DNA of 64,000 nucleotides from Octopus sinensis (Eukaryota). The DNA lies in NCBI RefSeq assembly GCF_006345805.1, contig NC_043000.1, forward strand, positions 156,426,001 to 156,490,000. Reading direction: 5' to 3'. The position numbers were made by a program, and so were the translations under genes. This document shows, in pieces, positions 40,583 to 55,544 of the stretch (positions are counted from its first letter, which is position 1; every line of letters begins with the position of its first letter). The notes under the pieces were generated by a model that ran no database searches, was not told where the DNA came from, and worked only from the letters and a program-made list of their open reading frames with translations.

Positions 40583-41599
40583 TTACTGAGAATATACAAG
40601 TGGAATTTCAACATCATAAAGAGATCTGATCTGACAGTATATATGTGCATGAGTCAAAGAAACGGTGTTTAACCATGGACTGAATCCTCTTGATTCCACT
40701 CAAATAAAGGGAAAACTAAATTGTCCTCTTTCCTTGAGTATGCTAATTTAATCGTGAATTTATTAATAACTGATTCAAATTATCTCCCCTTCTCATTCAA
40801 CGTTACTAACGTTGCTGCTTAGATTTTTTTTTTTTTTGTTTTCTGTTCGCGAGATAGATTCTTTAAAACTTAAGAATTTATCGTATATAGTATTCAGTAC
40901 ACCCACGTCGATTTCACTATCCAAAATTTATGCATTTTCCGTCTTCGTATTATATCCTATTTGCTCCTTTCAGCTATATTATGCAAATTATTTCTTCAGC
41001 TATTATTGTATATGCCAAAATGACTCAAACTGATGGGAGGCGAATAAGAACAATGTTCTAATGATAAAGCTAAATCGAAGTCAAAACATGTCCATAGCTA
41101 TCTCTTGCCTACGAAACAAAGACCAGATTCTCCTTTTCCCTGAGCACATTAATTCAATCTTGAGAATATTTATAATTTATCTTCTCGTTCAGTGTTTTCT
41201 TTTAAAAATTATCACTAGGCTTTTGTTTTCCTTCCCTTCTTGCGGGAGAAATTTAAATAAATTAAGGATGTGTGCATGTGTGTGCGCGGGTTTGTGTGTC
41301 ATTTAATAACAGTTTGATTTATGCGACTTAAAGATTCGCAGACTCATCAAATTGTTACTATATAATACATCTAACCCTTACAAACTGTTGTGAGTGCCAC
41401 TCGCATTCATTTGTATGGTAGGCATAGTTACTCTGTCCTTTGATTAATTTTAATCGTTCAGCTATTTAATGCTGTTTCTGAGCCTGCAATATCCAATGTA
41501 TTTATGATTCTGCTGTTATCATTTTCAATTGTTAGACCAGATAATAATAGAGTCAATAAAACCTTCACAAATACTTTCTCCTGAATTATTTGTTCCACA

Positions 41600-41782
41600 T
41601 TTTTTTTCTCTCCTTGTTTCTCTCCGTGTTTCTTTTCTGTGTATCTTTCTGTTGAAGAGCGTAGGCTCGAAACGTAAAAGACTTGTTTTATTTATATTCC
41701 TGAGCGCCATACTAATACAATTGTTTGTTTATATTCCACTTGCCTTCGTCTTTTGTTTATTTTCATAAGCTTCCCGTTATAC
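41600..41782 (+). mobile_element. Penelope-like terminal-repeat fragment with minimal hammerhead-like motif (41644-41681)
   Basis: tcttt-CTGTTGA-a-gagc-gtag-gctc-GAAAc-GTA-aaaga. Inverted near-identical copy at 51558-51741. Confidence 0.6.
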
Positions 41783-41858
<76 letters not shown>

Positions 41859-41904
41859 TATATGCATGTATATGCATGTATATTGTGTGTGTATGTGTGT
41901 GTAT

Positions 41905-42429
41905 TTTATTCTTTCATTCTTTTACTTGTTTCAGTCATTTGACTGCGGCCATGCTGGAGTACCGCCTTTAGTCGAACAAATCGATCCCGGGACTTATACT
42001 TTTTAAGCGTGTTACTCATTTTATCGGTCTCTTTTGCTGAACCGCTGATTTGCGGGGACGTAAACACACCAACATCGATTGTTGAGCGATGGTGGGAGGA
42101 GGACAAACATATACACACAAATACACACACACATACACGCATATATATTATATATATATATTATATATATATATATATAAAAAACATTATTGGTGAATTG
42201 AAGAAATGGAGCTGAACGCAGATTGAACAGAAATCGTTCAATCTGCGTTCAGCTCCATTTCTTCAATTCACCAATAATGTTTTAATTTCAATTATCCGCA
42301 CCAACGCACGGTTGAAACACCATATGGTGTACCTCCAACCGTGCTGTTTACTGCGGTGATTTTGCTACTAAGGTATCGGTTAAACTTTTGATTAATCTAC
42401 TTACAAGATTATTTATCTTTCTATTTCAC

Positions 42430-42475
<46 letters not shown>

Positions 42476-42660
42476 ATATATTTATATATATAATACGACA
42501 AGCTTCTTTCAGTTTCCGCTACCAAATCTATGCACAAGGCTTTGGTCGGCCGAGGCCAAGGTAGAAGACACTTGGCCAAAGTGCCACAAAGGGGACTGAA
42601 CCCGGAACCATGGGGTTGGAAAGCAAGCTTCTTAATTACCACACACACCCACGCCTGGGC
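41905..42660 (-). mobile_element. SINE family A interrupted in its internal microsatellite by a hairpin element
   Basis: 3' half at 41905-42110 and 5' half at 42494-42660. Confidence 0.75.
42181..42283. repeat. Perfect 48-bp-arm hairpin, 7-nt loop
   Basis: aaaacattattggtgaattgaagaaatggagctgaacgcagattgaac|agaaatc|exact reverse complement. Confidence 0.95.
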
Positions 42661-42798
42661 CTATAAATAAACACGTTCCCATACGGGAATCAAAAACCGG
42701 TCGGCTGGGTGAAAGCCAGGAATATATATATATATATGTTGTATGTATGTATACCCCCACCTATATATATGGGGGGGGGGTATACATACATACATTTT

Positions 42799-42848
<50 letters not shown>

Positions 42849-42868
42849 ATGTATGTATATAATGTATG

Positions 42869-42901
<33 letters not shown>

Positions 42902-43994
42902 TATATATATACATATATACACATACATGTGTCTACGTAGCCGTAACTTAGCGGTCCGGCTAAGTTGTTCGACTAAAAATCCTTCAGGTTTGTGCTCCAG
43001 CATGGCCACATTCAAATGACTGAAATAAATAAAAGATTAAAAGAATATATATGCATACATGAACATACACACATTATACACATACACATGATATATATAC
43101 ATACATATACACATGCATATACATATATATAAATATGCATTCATAAATGTAAGTACATACATACATATGTATGGTGGAAGCCATAGCCATTCATAATAAA
43201 AAGGAGTACTGGCGGAATGTTCTAGTTAAACCTGAATAAAATGTAAGCACAACAGGTCTGATATAATAATTTGGGGAGGAGAAAAGTAACTATGTACAAT
43301 TGAGGAAATTAGCTGCCAAGCGGATGTTTACACAAAGCTGAAGATCAGTGAAAAAGAATATTTATGCTGAACTATTGAGAAATCTACAGATACTGTAGCC
43401 AGATTTCAAGTTCAGGTTTATACCTGTAATAATTGGGACCCTGGGATATGTAACACACTGTCTAAGTACCGATCCTGAGAAATTAGGTTTCTCAAAGCCA
43501 GAAAGGAGAAAGCTAATTCTAAGACAACCGATCCAATCCATCACTGGAACTGTAAAAATCTGTAAAACTTTCTAGAAGTTTATCATTTACATATATATGA
43601 GCTTGACTAGATATGCAACGATATGCATGAGAACACGTACATACATACATACATACATACATACATACATACATACATACATACATACATACATACCATA
43701 CATACATACATACATAAATACATACATACATACATACATACATAAATACATACATACATAATACATACATACATGTATACATACATACATACCTGTATAC
43801 ATACATACATACATACATACATACATACATACATAATACATACATACATGTATACATACATACATACCTGTATACATACATACATACATACATACATACA
43901 TACATACATAATACATACATACATGTATACATACAACATACATACATATATACATACATATTAATCAAAATAAAAACATGATGCCAATGATTCA

Positions 43995-44072
43995 GCGGTA
44001 CATATGTTTCGGGCCTTTATTAGACGGATTTACAACAATGCATAATGTGTGTCTATGGCCTTCTTCAGCCGC
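43995..44072 (-). ncRNA. Type I hammerhead ribozyme with intact core (Penelope-type)
   Basis: Minus strand gcgg-CTGAAGA-aggcc..tagac..gtcta..ggccc-GAAA-c-atat-GTA-ccgc. Its 3' half recurs on + at ~23875-23960. Confidence 0.72.
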
Positions 44073-45038
44073 GCACAATTACTACTTCAAGGACATGTAT
44101 TGCATCATAGACTCTACGTTGGGGATGCAAATCCTCTCAGTCGCGTACGACATAGTGGGGTCCCGGCTCAAAAACGAAGCGTCCATCTCGTCTTTCACTC
44201 AATGTAGAATGAGGAAGTTTGGATGGTGAGGTAATATAAATAAATAAATAAATAAATAAATATATATATATATAAATACACACAGACGTGAAAAAACCTG
44301 GTAATATAAATAAATAGAGATAAAGATACAGGAGCGAGAATTAAGGACGAAAGATAAAAAATATAAAAAATAAAAAAGTATAAATATAGAAATAAAAAAA
44401 TATTAAAAAATATTTTTAAAATATAAAAAATATAAAAAGATATAAAAAAATATAAAAGGATGTAAAAAATATAAAAATATATAAAATATAAGGATAAGGG
44501 ATATAAAGTGGTTAAGAACTAACAAGGTGGTCAGGAAGATGACATATTCTGGTTGTAGAAGCCTGCGGGTGTAGCGGCGGGTGTTGTAAATCAACTAGAA
44601 AGTCTGGAGACCCAGTATATGGTTAATTACGGTTGTCTGGTTTGTGGCTAAACCGTTTATCTATTTCCTCGTAAATTGTCTAGTGGTCAACATGTACATA
44701 CGTACACGCATGGATACATATACACATATACACGCATACATATACACACGTATACACATCCACACGCATACATACATACGTACTCTCGTGACAAATACAT
44801 ACTCACGCGTACATATGTAAAGCCCGCCCGTCTACCCACCGACATACGTATATGCTCACATACATAAATATCTCAATATACACATACATACGGAAAAAGG
44901 CGCCTGTAGTTGGGTACACGAACTGACGCGCATACGTACGTATATATATATACAGGTACATGCGCACATACAGACACACTCGCACACACACTCATACACA
45001 TGAGGAAGTAAATCTCTATGCTTATGGACATACATACA

Positions 45039-45071
<33 letters not shown>

Positions 45072-46372
45072 GTATACATACATACCTGCCTACATACATA
45101 CATACATACCTACATACATACATACATACATGCATACATACAACATACATACATGTATACATACATACATACATACATAATACATACATACATGTATACA
45201 TACCTACATACATACATACATTATACATACATACATGTATACATACATACATACATACATACATACATACATACAACATACATACATAATACATACATAA
45301 TACATACATAATACATACATATATACATATATACATATGCATGCATACAAACATACATATATACATACATACATGCATACATACATACATACACACATAC
45401 ATACTACATACATACATACATACATACATACACACACATACATACACATACATACATACATACATACATACATACATACATACATACATACATAACTACA
45501 TACATACATGCAAACAAACATGCCCTGTTGTTGATGTTGACATTCCCATGAAGGAGCCTAGGATCTAGGTTAGAAACCGGTTCTTTCTCTATTGGCAAGA
45601 AATCTTGAAATAAAACTGAACTATGACATACATAAATACTTATAATCTATCTCTACCTATCTCAGTCTGTCTCTCTGTCTATCCGTCTGTCTGCCTGTCT
45701 TTTCATATCCACCCCACCTAATCCCGTCCCACTTCACACCCCCTCTTGTCATTTGGTCATCCACGCCCAACAAGCATTAATTTTCCTTTTCAACGACAGT
45801 CGTTATTTTCACTGTCCACCCATCCGCCTTGCAATGACTTCGTCCTGTTTACACAAGAAACGATTACTGTTGGTTGGTTTGTTGAATTGATTTGTGAGGA
45901 CATCCTTAGTCAAGTTCCGGCTTCAGACTGCAACTTATCTCTTATTATAATATACTAATAAATACAAGTACTAATGACGATGCAGAGAAAAAAAATTTGG
46001 ATTCAGTTATTATATAGTAATGCTGTGTTTCACTGACAGAAAATGCAACAAGAAGAAAAACAAAAATGCCTACAGTTGTTGTAGTTTTGTCTTTTTTTAA
46101 TCTTTCTTTTGGTTAACCCAGCTTAGCAGTCGTCGAGCAGACGACTTATACTGAAACCCATTCAAGCCACGACCATTCTACTTTTCCCGTGTGTGTGGAA
46201 CCCAGGACTTCATTATCCAAAGAGCCCTGTAGGTAACGCAATAGGGTGTGATTTGAATATGACATTTGACCACTACTTTTAGCAGGAATCATAAAAGTTA
46301 TATAATGTAATATATCAGAATTGTTTGTTGAATTCCATTTCAGTGAAGAATGGAATCTATCTATCTATCTAC

Positions 46373-46403
<31 letters not shown>

Positions 46404-46421
46404 CTATATCTATCTATCTAC

Positions 46422-46469
<48 letters not shown>

Positions 46470-46474
46470 CCTAC

Positions 46475-46529
<55 letters not shown>

Positions 46530-46561
46530 CTCTATCTCTCTCTCTCTCCTCTCTCTCTCTC

Positions 46562-46601
<40 letters not shown>

Positions 46602-46615
46602 TATATATAATATAA

Positions 46616-46952
46616 GGCGCATGGCTCAGGGTTAGAGCGTCGAGCTTACGATCGTGGGTTGTGAGCTCGAATCCCGGACCGGGCTGCGTGTTGTGTTCTT
46701 GAGCAAGGCACTTTATTTCACGTTGCTCCAGTTCACTCAGCTGTAGAATGAGTTGCGACGTCATAGGTGCCAAGCTGTATCGACCTCTGTCTTTCCTTGG
46801 ATAACACTGGTGGCGTGGAGAGGGGAGGCTGGTATGCATGGGCGACTGCTGGTCTTCCATAAACAACCTTGCCCGGACTTGTGTCTAGGAGGGTAACTTT
46901 CTAGGTGCAATCCCATGGTCATTCATGACCGAAGGGGTCTTTACCCTTTACC
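46616..46952 (+). mobile_element. CORE-type SINE family C
   Basis: Near-identical to 16396-16725. Confidence 0.9.
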
Positions 46953-47427
46953 CTATATATATATAATATATATATATATATAATATATATTATATATATT
47001 ATGTGTATATATATATATATATATATACACGCACATATGTGTTTGTATATGTGAATGTATGTATGTATCTCTCTCTCTCTCTCTCTCTCTCTCATATGTG
47101 TGTGTGAATGTATGTATGTATCAATTTCCTACTAGTAGCTCCCCGGTTCGATCGTCTCTTGTGTATATGTCATCAACAATGTAAAATATAAATTAACAAA
47201 ACATCCTTATTCAATCCGTTTATTATTAAGATAGGCGTGTCACGCCTTTTATGAAGATAGATTAACACACTAAAATAATAATGTTGCAAATATACGAACA
47301 AGAATAATTCCTTATCTTCCGTGGTTTGTAAGCGTTTTATTTGAAAGGAAGTCATTTGCGCGTAGTCAAGTTGCTACCATAGAGGGATACCAGCCCGTCT
47401 GCCAGTCCACTTAAATCTCTGCTCAAA

Positions 47428-47768
47428 GCACATAGTTCAGTGGATACAGCGTCGGGTTCACAATCATGAGGTAATGAGTTCGATTCCCGGACCGGGCTTT
47501 GTGTTGCGTTCTTGAGCATGACATTTTATTTTACCTTGCTCCAGATCACTCAGCTGTTGAAATGAGTTGCGATGTCACTGGTGCCAAGCTGTATCGGCCT
47601 TTGTCTTTCTCTTGGATAAATAACATTGGTGACGTGGAGATGGGAGGCTGGTATGCATGGGCAACTGCTGGTCTTCCGTAAAACAACCTTGTCCGGACTT
47701 GTGCATCGGATGGGAACATTCTAGGTGTAATCCCATGGTCATTAATGACCGAAGGAGGTCTTAACCCT
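47428..47768 (+). mobile_element. CORE-type SINE family C, diverged
   Basis: gagttcgattcccggaccgggc..gttcttgagcatgacatttt..gtgccaagctgtatcggcc..gaccgaaggaggtc. Confidence 0.8.
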
Positions 47769-48228
47769 TTTTAAGGTAATTTTAGTTGTCGTCAGGTTTC
47801 ATCACAGTCGCTTATCAGTCATTAAGAGATGCTATCATACCAAAAAGAATTTACTCGTCCGAACCCTTAGACATACAAACATACATACATACATACATAC
47901 ATGAATACATACATACATGCAACCGAAGCCGCGATCGCAGGTCGCACCCGGGCGTCGGGCTCGAAAACGGCGTTTGGCAGCCGTCGCGTCTTGCGCGGCG
48001 TCGCCGGCGTCCGCTCGGCCGGATCGGGGGCGGCGCATCCGCGCCCGTCCCTCCCGGTCGCGACGATACGGTCGGCCTTCCGCATTGGCCGCGGCGCAAA
48101 TATTAGACTGAGACCGACGCGTACATACATACATACATACATACATACATACATACATACGTACATACATATAGACATATATACATGCATACATACATAT
48201 AAGTATAAAACAATGAGAGACTATAGGT

Positions 48229-48498
48229 CAGTGCTTCTCAACCATTTAAAAAAAAACTATGGACCCCCTTTGATTGCTATTTTGCATGGATGGACCCACA
48301 TAATTATCTGATGATTAAAAAATCACATATCTTTTTAATAATTAGATATCATTACGAACGGTATAAAACTATTGTTAAAAGAGTTTGTGCTCTTTAGAAG
48401 TATAAGTAAATTCTTGCCCTTAAATTTTAACAATAAAAGTTTATGTGCCCCCCACCACCACCTAAAAGGGCCATATGGACCCCGATGGAGAACCACTG
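48229..48498. mobile_element. hAT-type MITE
   Basis: TIRs cagtgcttctc / gagaaccactg. Imperfect 8-bp flanks ctataggt / ctatacat. Confidence 0.6.
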
Positions 48499-48847
48499 CT
48501 ATACATGATCCGGCGGTTCCATCACTGCTACTCATCTGATGGCGTGCAGGTATACAGCTATTGTTCGATCAAGTTTATACGATATTTATATAATATATAT
48601 ATTGAAACACTCATCAATTAACAGTTCATGCTAATGCACAGAAACAATTGTTGTCCGTCATATGTGGCTTTCGGGTGTTTAACACCCACTGCTTTGAGGG
48701 AGTCATCCGCACCACGTTTAAACTGCGGCATACCGGCGGACAAGCAAAACACATGCCGGCGGACAAGCAAAACACATACACTGAGTACGTGCGGTCGATA
48801 ACGTTAACAACACTATCACTGCGTTTAATTCATAATATATATATTCA

Positions 48848-49064
48848 TGGGGCTTTCTCCGTCCGGGTTGCGGATCCGTGGAATAAGCTGCCGGACGAGA
48901 TAGTGAAGATGCCGACGACCGCTCGGTTCAAAGTCTCTCTTGATCAGAAATGGCCTGAACTCTTTGCATGAACACCACCCTGTACATAACTCCATGTCCC
49001 CCTACATAGCCTTGCTTTTTGCTTTTTGAGCCAAAAATTAACTTAACTTAACTTAACTTAACTT
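48848..49064 (+). mobile_element. Extremely 5'-truncated CR1 LINE with (AACTT)n tail and 13-bp TSD
   Basis: AFSVRVADPWNKLPDEIVKMPTTARFKVSLD..* is a CR1 ORF2 end. TSD atatatatattca at 48835-48847 and 49065-49077. Confidence 0.88.
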
Positions 49065-50387
49065 ATATATATATTCACAAAATATACAGAGTGATTGAAA
49101 ATAAAAAGGAGGGAATGAAGATAATTATGCATGGACCGGAATTTTCCATCATACATTCAGCGCAGGCTGGAAGGGATTTGGGCATTAATATAACTAAAGA
49201 AAGCAACAGACATGTTTGAGGCTTATTAGACCTCCTTAGTGAAGAATATTTTTGTCTGTTGTTATGACTAAGAATAGTTGATCTCCTTTTATTTGTTTCA
49301 ATCACTGAAATGCGGTCATGCTGGAGTACTACTTTCGAGAGTGACCGGTAATAAAGTCACAATTTAGGCTAGGAAAAAAGTCATAATTAATTTATGGTGA
49401 GCGGTAATAAAGCAACAGGATAAAATGTCGCAATTAATTTATGGGATCCGGACAAACACTCCTAGGACAAAACCCCCTCGGACAACCCCCATCCCCACCC
49501 CCGACAAAACCTCTGTGACTTTTTCCCTGTGACTTTTTCCCTGTGACTTTATTACCGTGACTTTTTTTTACCTATGACTTTTTTTTTTTTACCTGGATTC
49601 ACTTTCGAGGGGTTATTCGAACAAATCAACCTAGTATTTATTCTTTTTTTATGTATGATATATATTCTATCGGTTTCTTTTGTCGAACTACAAGATCACG
49701 GGAAAGTAAACAATCCAACAACGGTTAAAAAGTGCTGCAAGGACAAATACAAGTCATGCGCATACATAGACACATAGATACATACATACGTGCATATATA
49801 CCTACGACATATACATACAGACAGACAGTAGGCAGACAGGCAAGCAGACAGACAGATAGACAGACAAACGTGATTGCTTCTTGTCGGACGAAAGCTGAAC
49901 GACCGCATAAAGGTCCCTAGTCTGTTTTGTCGACGATTAATAGTTAAATATGTCATGTGATCACTCAGATGCGATGGCCACATAGACAACATCGTACCAT
50001 CCCTAAACGAGAAATATCAGCTTTTGACGTATTTTCCAGCAAAAACATTTGATCGAAATAGAATTCAAAATGAAAATAATAAAAATAATGTCACTTATCA
50101 AGAAACAGTAAAATCCATAACCTACTGTGTCCTGCTTAAATCATAAATCTTTATACATCGCATACCATAACACGCTCCGAAGTAGTCAAACTTAACATGA
50201 TAATAAGCCTCTTACCCATCGTTAGTTCGTATCACCAACACTGTAAAATAAATGTCAAAAGCCATTTAGATGTAGGAGCTGTGCAATTTATTGCTATATG
50301 TCAACTTCAACTCTCCGCTCCTCGTCTCTACTGTACATATCCAGTCGTTTGCGAATATATCTACATACGTCACCGCGACTCCTGTGG

Positions 50388-50773
50388 AAGTGGAAGCACT
50401 CCGTCGGTTACGACGACGAGGTTTCCGGTTGATCCGAATCAACGGAACAGCCTGCTCGTGAAATTAACGTGTAAGTGGCTGAGCACTCCACAGACACGTG
50501 TACCCTTAACGTAGTTCTCGGGTATATTCAGCGTGACACAGAGAGTGACAAGGCCGGCCCTTTGAAATACAGGTACAACAGAAACAGGAAGTAAGAGTGA
50601 GAGAAAGTTGTGGTGAAAGAGTACAGCAGGGATCACCACCATCCCTGCCGGAGCATCGTGGAGCTTTAGGTGTTTTCGCTCAATAAACACTCACAACGCC
50701 CGGTCTGGGAATTGAAACCGCGATCCTACGACCGCGAATCCGCTGCCCTAAACACTGGGCCATTGCGTCTCCA
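50388..50773 (-). mobile_element. SINE family D with TSD
   Basis: Reverse complement of 34403-34785. TSD caccgc(g/a)actcct at 50371 and 50774. Confidence 0.92.
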
Positions 50774-51483
50774 CACCGCAACTCCTACACTACTTAACAT
50801 TAGTAATGCTAAATCTCTTTTCCCCTGCATTCTTGCTCTCACTTTGTCTCGCTCCTCTTTTTTTCTTCCTCTCCTTTCTCCAACCTGTTCTACGCAAACA
50901 CTAAACATGTATTTTTAAACACATTAAACTATCTACAGCTTCGTTCTGTCTCAACCGACAATTGCATTCTATAATGCTTGGTCTGACGCAGTGGAATATT
51001 GCTTACTCCATCACTATGACTCTTTTTATTTTCAGTAGTCACCTCCACAGATTCCACTATTTGTGTGCAGCATTATAAACCGGGTATCAACGGGTTTCAA
51101 TTAGAATGCATGTCGCTCTAAAGTTATCAGCCTACGATCTCAAGGAGGGAGGAATGTAATATGATACAAAGTAGGATATTGACATGAACTAACGGTTAGT
51201 ATAAGAGGACTATTACCACGTTACTTTGAATAACCCGCAGTTCGTTATGGTACGTGATATACAAAGATTTTATCATCCATGCAAAACAAAGAATGCCATA
51301 AAAGGTCACCTTCTAAGTATAATATCAATCTTTTTAATACAAAGAATTACAGTATATGCTGATTGAACCGTCCGGTTCTTTGTTGAGCGCTTAGTCCTTT
51401 CTGATCATGCAGAATAGTTAATCCAAGATGTTCCAGTCGTCATAATACAGACTTCTTTGAGACATTGTTTCTAAGATGACCTA

Positions 51484-51843
51484 CAGTCGTGGCCAAAAGT
51501 TTGGAACATTAAAAAATAAAATTAACATTATGTCCAATTACAATTAGGTTCATGTATATATAACGGGAAGCTTTATGAAAATAAACAAAAGACGAAGGCA
51601 GGTGGAGTACAAACAAACAATTGTATTAGTATGGCACTCAGGAATATAAATAAAACAAGTCTTTTACGTTTCGAGCCTACGCTCTTCAACAGAAAGATAC
51701 ACAGAAAAGAAACACGGAGAGAAACAAGGAGAGAAAAAAAATGCGTGCAGAAGCTAGCGATTCAACACGGCGATTCATGTATATATATTTGGGCATTTAT
51801 TATAAAAATTCTAATTTTCAGACCTATGTTCCAAACACGGCTG
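51484..51843. mobile_element. Tc1-like non-autonomous element carrying a nested Penelope-like fragment (51558-51741, minus)
   Basis: ta|cagtcgtggccaaaagtttggaaca ... tgttccaaac(del)acggctg|ta. Confidence 0.65.
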
Positions 51844-52117
51844 TAAGCAAATATGCTCTGATTTGCTGAGCAACATAGAAGATTGTTCCCTGTTGGCTCG
51901 CATCCTCTTGGCTTATATCTCCTGGTGGAATGTCATAACTCTTCTTGTTTGATCTCAGACGGTTTACACCACTTTTATATTAAACTTTTGACATTATAAC
52001 TTGAATGACTGCACCAATCCTTTTCGTAACCGCACAAGCCTGAGTTGTTAACTTGCTTGCAAAACACGAATATTTCCTAAACTAAAACATTACCTACATC
52101 CTGGGACAGTACATCTA

Positions 52118-52189
<72 letters not shown>

Positions 52190-52271
52190 TTCACACGCAC
52201 GCTTATATTTTCAGACATACATATACGAACACAAACACATATGCTGCCACATCAAAGTAAAATATTTTTGA

Positions 52272-52740
<469 letters not shown>

Positions 52741-54411
52741 ACATAAATATAAACACACGGACATTGGCTATTCTTAGACGTTTGTCTTTTATCGCAACGT
52801 TATCTTATCGCCTGTATTTCATACCAAACATTTTTTCACATAGAACCATATCTCTCTTTTCACATACGTTTCTTCCCCTCTCACTAGATGACCGAAAGTA
52901 CGTAGCAATTATGAATAGAATCATTAATAACACATAAAGTTAAGTTTTTATACAATAAACTCATTTTTTCTTCACCAGTCATCAAGTGAAAATCCTTCCT
53001 AAATCTTTTAACCTATTGAGGTGCTGTTTGATTAATGTCATTAATCAATCACTTCTCCACCATAAGTAAAACATTCAACACTGTTCAGAGGACCAATCCT
53101 TTAAAGGAAGGTCAGTTTTAAAACGCAAGTAATTCAACATATTTCACTAGGCATTGCTCATCAGCATGTTAGTGATTAATTAACTTTTTGTTATTTTATA
53201 AAACCATATACGATTCAAATTCTAAAGATATGGCGCAAACATATTCACTTGCACGTTTAAACGTCGTTTATGAAGTTAAGCACGAATACGAACATTCAAA
53301 CAAATAAATGTGACATTAATATTCCTATGCATTTTCGTCAACAATGCTAACAAAAAAAAATCCAGTTTCATCATTAGTTCTTTAGACTTCCTCAATGAGA
53401 AATACTGAAGGGAGATAACCGTGGTCAGATTTAAAGGTGTAATTTTCACTAAAAACAGTCAAAATCAGTGACTCAGTTGTGTTATTCGACCGCCTGTTTG
53501 GAATAAATATAACAGCATCAACGCCAAGTTGTGATTGTAAATAAACGAACTTTTATTCGGTTAAAATATGTTTGTGGAATATTTTAACATGCTCTCTAAT
53601 GGTAAAAACTGTAGAAACACCATATCCATCCAGCGCTTCCCCACTATTGGGTTCCCAGACGGCCGTCTCTGGCTCTCTAGTCTTCCTAAATAGGAAATAC
53701 CGAAGAGAGATAACCCTGGGCAAATTCAAAACCTTAGCTTTAACAAAAAAATAGTCAACAATAATGAATGCAGTCGTGTTTGATCATTGGTCTGTCAGCT
53801 TGATCAGGGTTAACTTAGGTTTGAACAGTAATAGCAACAACAACAGCAGTAACACAAGTGAAACAAAACGGTTTCTATTTGTAATTGAATCCACTAAATT
53901 CGAGTTGCAGTTTCTCGATAACATAAACTTGATTCTAATCTTCTGTACTTGCGATTCCCTCGGGGAACTAATGTAGTTTCAACTGATTGTTTTTAACACA
54001 AGTCCCAATTTTAAAATGAAGAGTGTAATGTTGTCTTGCTCTATATGCGTATTTTAACGACAAACTAAATTTCACCAGGAGAGCAGTTGACATAAGACAC
54101 ATAACAACACAATAATTATGCAAAGTAGAAGTCTGCTGCTTTTTATGTATCTTATACAATCTTTTATAAAACATGGTACAATTAATTTGCATTATAAAAT
54201 TTTCAGAATGTCTTCATTGCTTGTTTATAGTTTTCAAGATAATACAGTTCTTAGTTGCAACACTTTTCTAACCGGCTTCTTTTGTTCTGAAAATTCCTTC
54301 TTCCTTTATTTTATTCTTCATTCCAAGATTGAGTATTTTTCTTAATAGTTTATTAACTGATACTGCAGCGGTTTCTTATGATTTGAATTAACTCCAATAT
54401 TTATTTTATCT

Positions 54412-54612
54412 AAGGCGACAAGCTGCCAGAATTGTTAGCACGCTGGACGAAATGCTTAGCGGCATTTCGTCCGTCTTTATGTTCTGAATCCAAATTCTGC
54501 CGGAATCGGCTTTGCCTTTCAGCCTATCGGGGTCGATAAAATAAGTAGCAGTTGAACACTGGAGTCGATGTTCCCTCCTCCGAAATTCCTGGCATTGTGA
54601 CAAAATTTGAAA
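54412..54612 (+). mobile_element. SINE family B
   Basis: aaggcgacaagctgccagaattgttagcacgctggacgaaatgcttagcggcatttcg..ggggtcgataaaataagt..aaaatttgaaa. Confidence 0.8.
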
Positions 54613-54984
54613 CTAATATTCATTTTTCCTACACTACCAAAATAAACACCCACCCTCATCGTTTACTTAAAGTGTCATTCACTTCTGTTGAGCTGGCCTA
54701 ACATTTTTGGTCAGAATAAACGATCTATTATTAACCTAAGCAATTCATGGCTACACGCAAAGGAATGTTGAAAACATCTTGTAGACGGTAAGTACACACT
54801 ACGTTCAAGAAACCTAGAACCATTAAATAGATAAGGAGATCACAAGTTCAAACCGTATCGGATATCATTTTCGTCAATCGTCACAAGCGTGAGTGAAAAA
54901 ACATGGCAGCTACATACCAGCCATATTTTAGACATAGAAACTGTTACACCGGTTTAGGTCAATGAGTCTAATATAATTGTTCGT

Positions 54985-55023
<39 letters not shown>

Positions 55024-55544
55024 TCTATCTATTAAGCTTTCTATCTATTTAAATAAATCTGTCAACCAATTTGCTCTGAAATTCCATTTACGCTTCATTA
55101 ACAAAAAGGAAGAACTGCAATAAAAGATATCAGCATCTCAACAAAAATATTTTAGAAATGTGATATTTTCCTATTTTAATGTAAAACTGTCCAAATTTAA
55201 TTCCAAGATAACTAGTTTATTTCAAGGAAGCCTGTAACCTGTGTCAGTAACCGCTCACTAACAAGCATTACAAAAACAAACAAAAAAAACCCTCTAACCT
55301 AAACGTTTATCGCTTTTGCAAACGTCAGCAGTTAGCTACATACTGCTTTATTCATAAAGAATCCTGAGAAGAGGTCAAAGACACAGAAACAACTAAAGAC
55401 AGCCTATAAAAAAAAAGTTATTTTTTGGATTTAATCTAATAAGAGTAACAGCTAATAAGGAAATGAGAATGAAATGAAAATATTATTACATTAAGCTAAA
55501 ACAAAGTTTCGTGTATGATAGATACATTACTATATATATATATA

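Noticed and set aside
47786-48311. Overlapping Arg/Ala/Gly-rich ORFs
   Set aside because: A by-product of a 200-bp GC-rich island plus flanking microsatellite, with no recognisable domain.
50100-50135. Minus-strand TVGYG as the KCNQ pore exon
   Set aside because: Followed by F rather than D, no S6-like sequence or donor, and the upstream residues do not fit. Chance match; the GYG at ~53620 fails in the same way.
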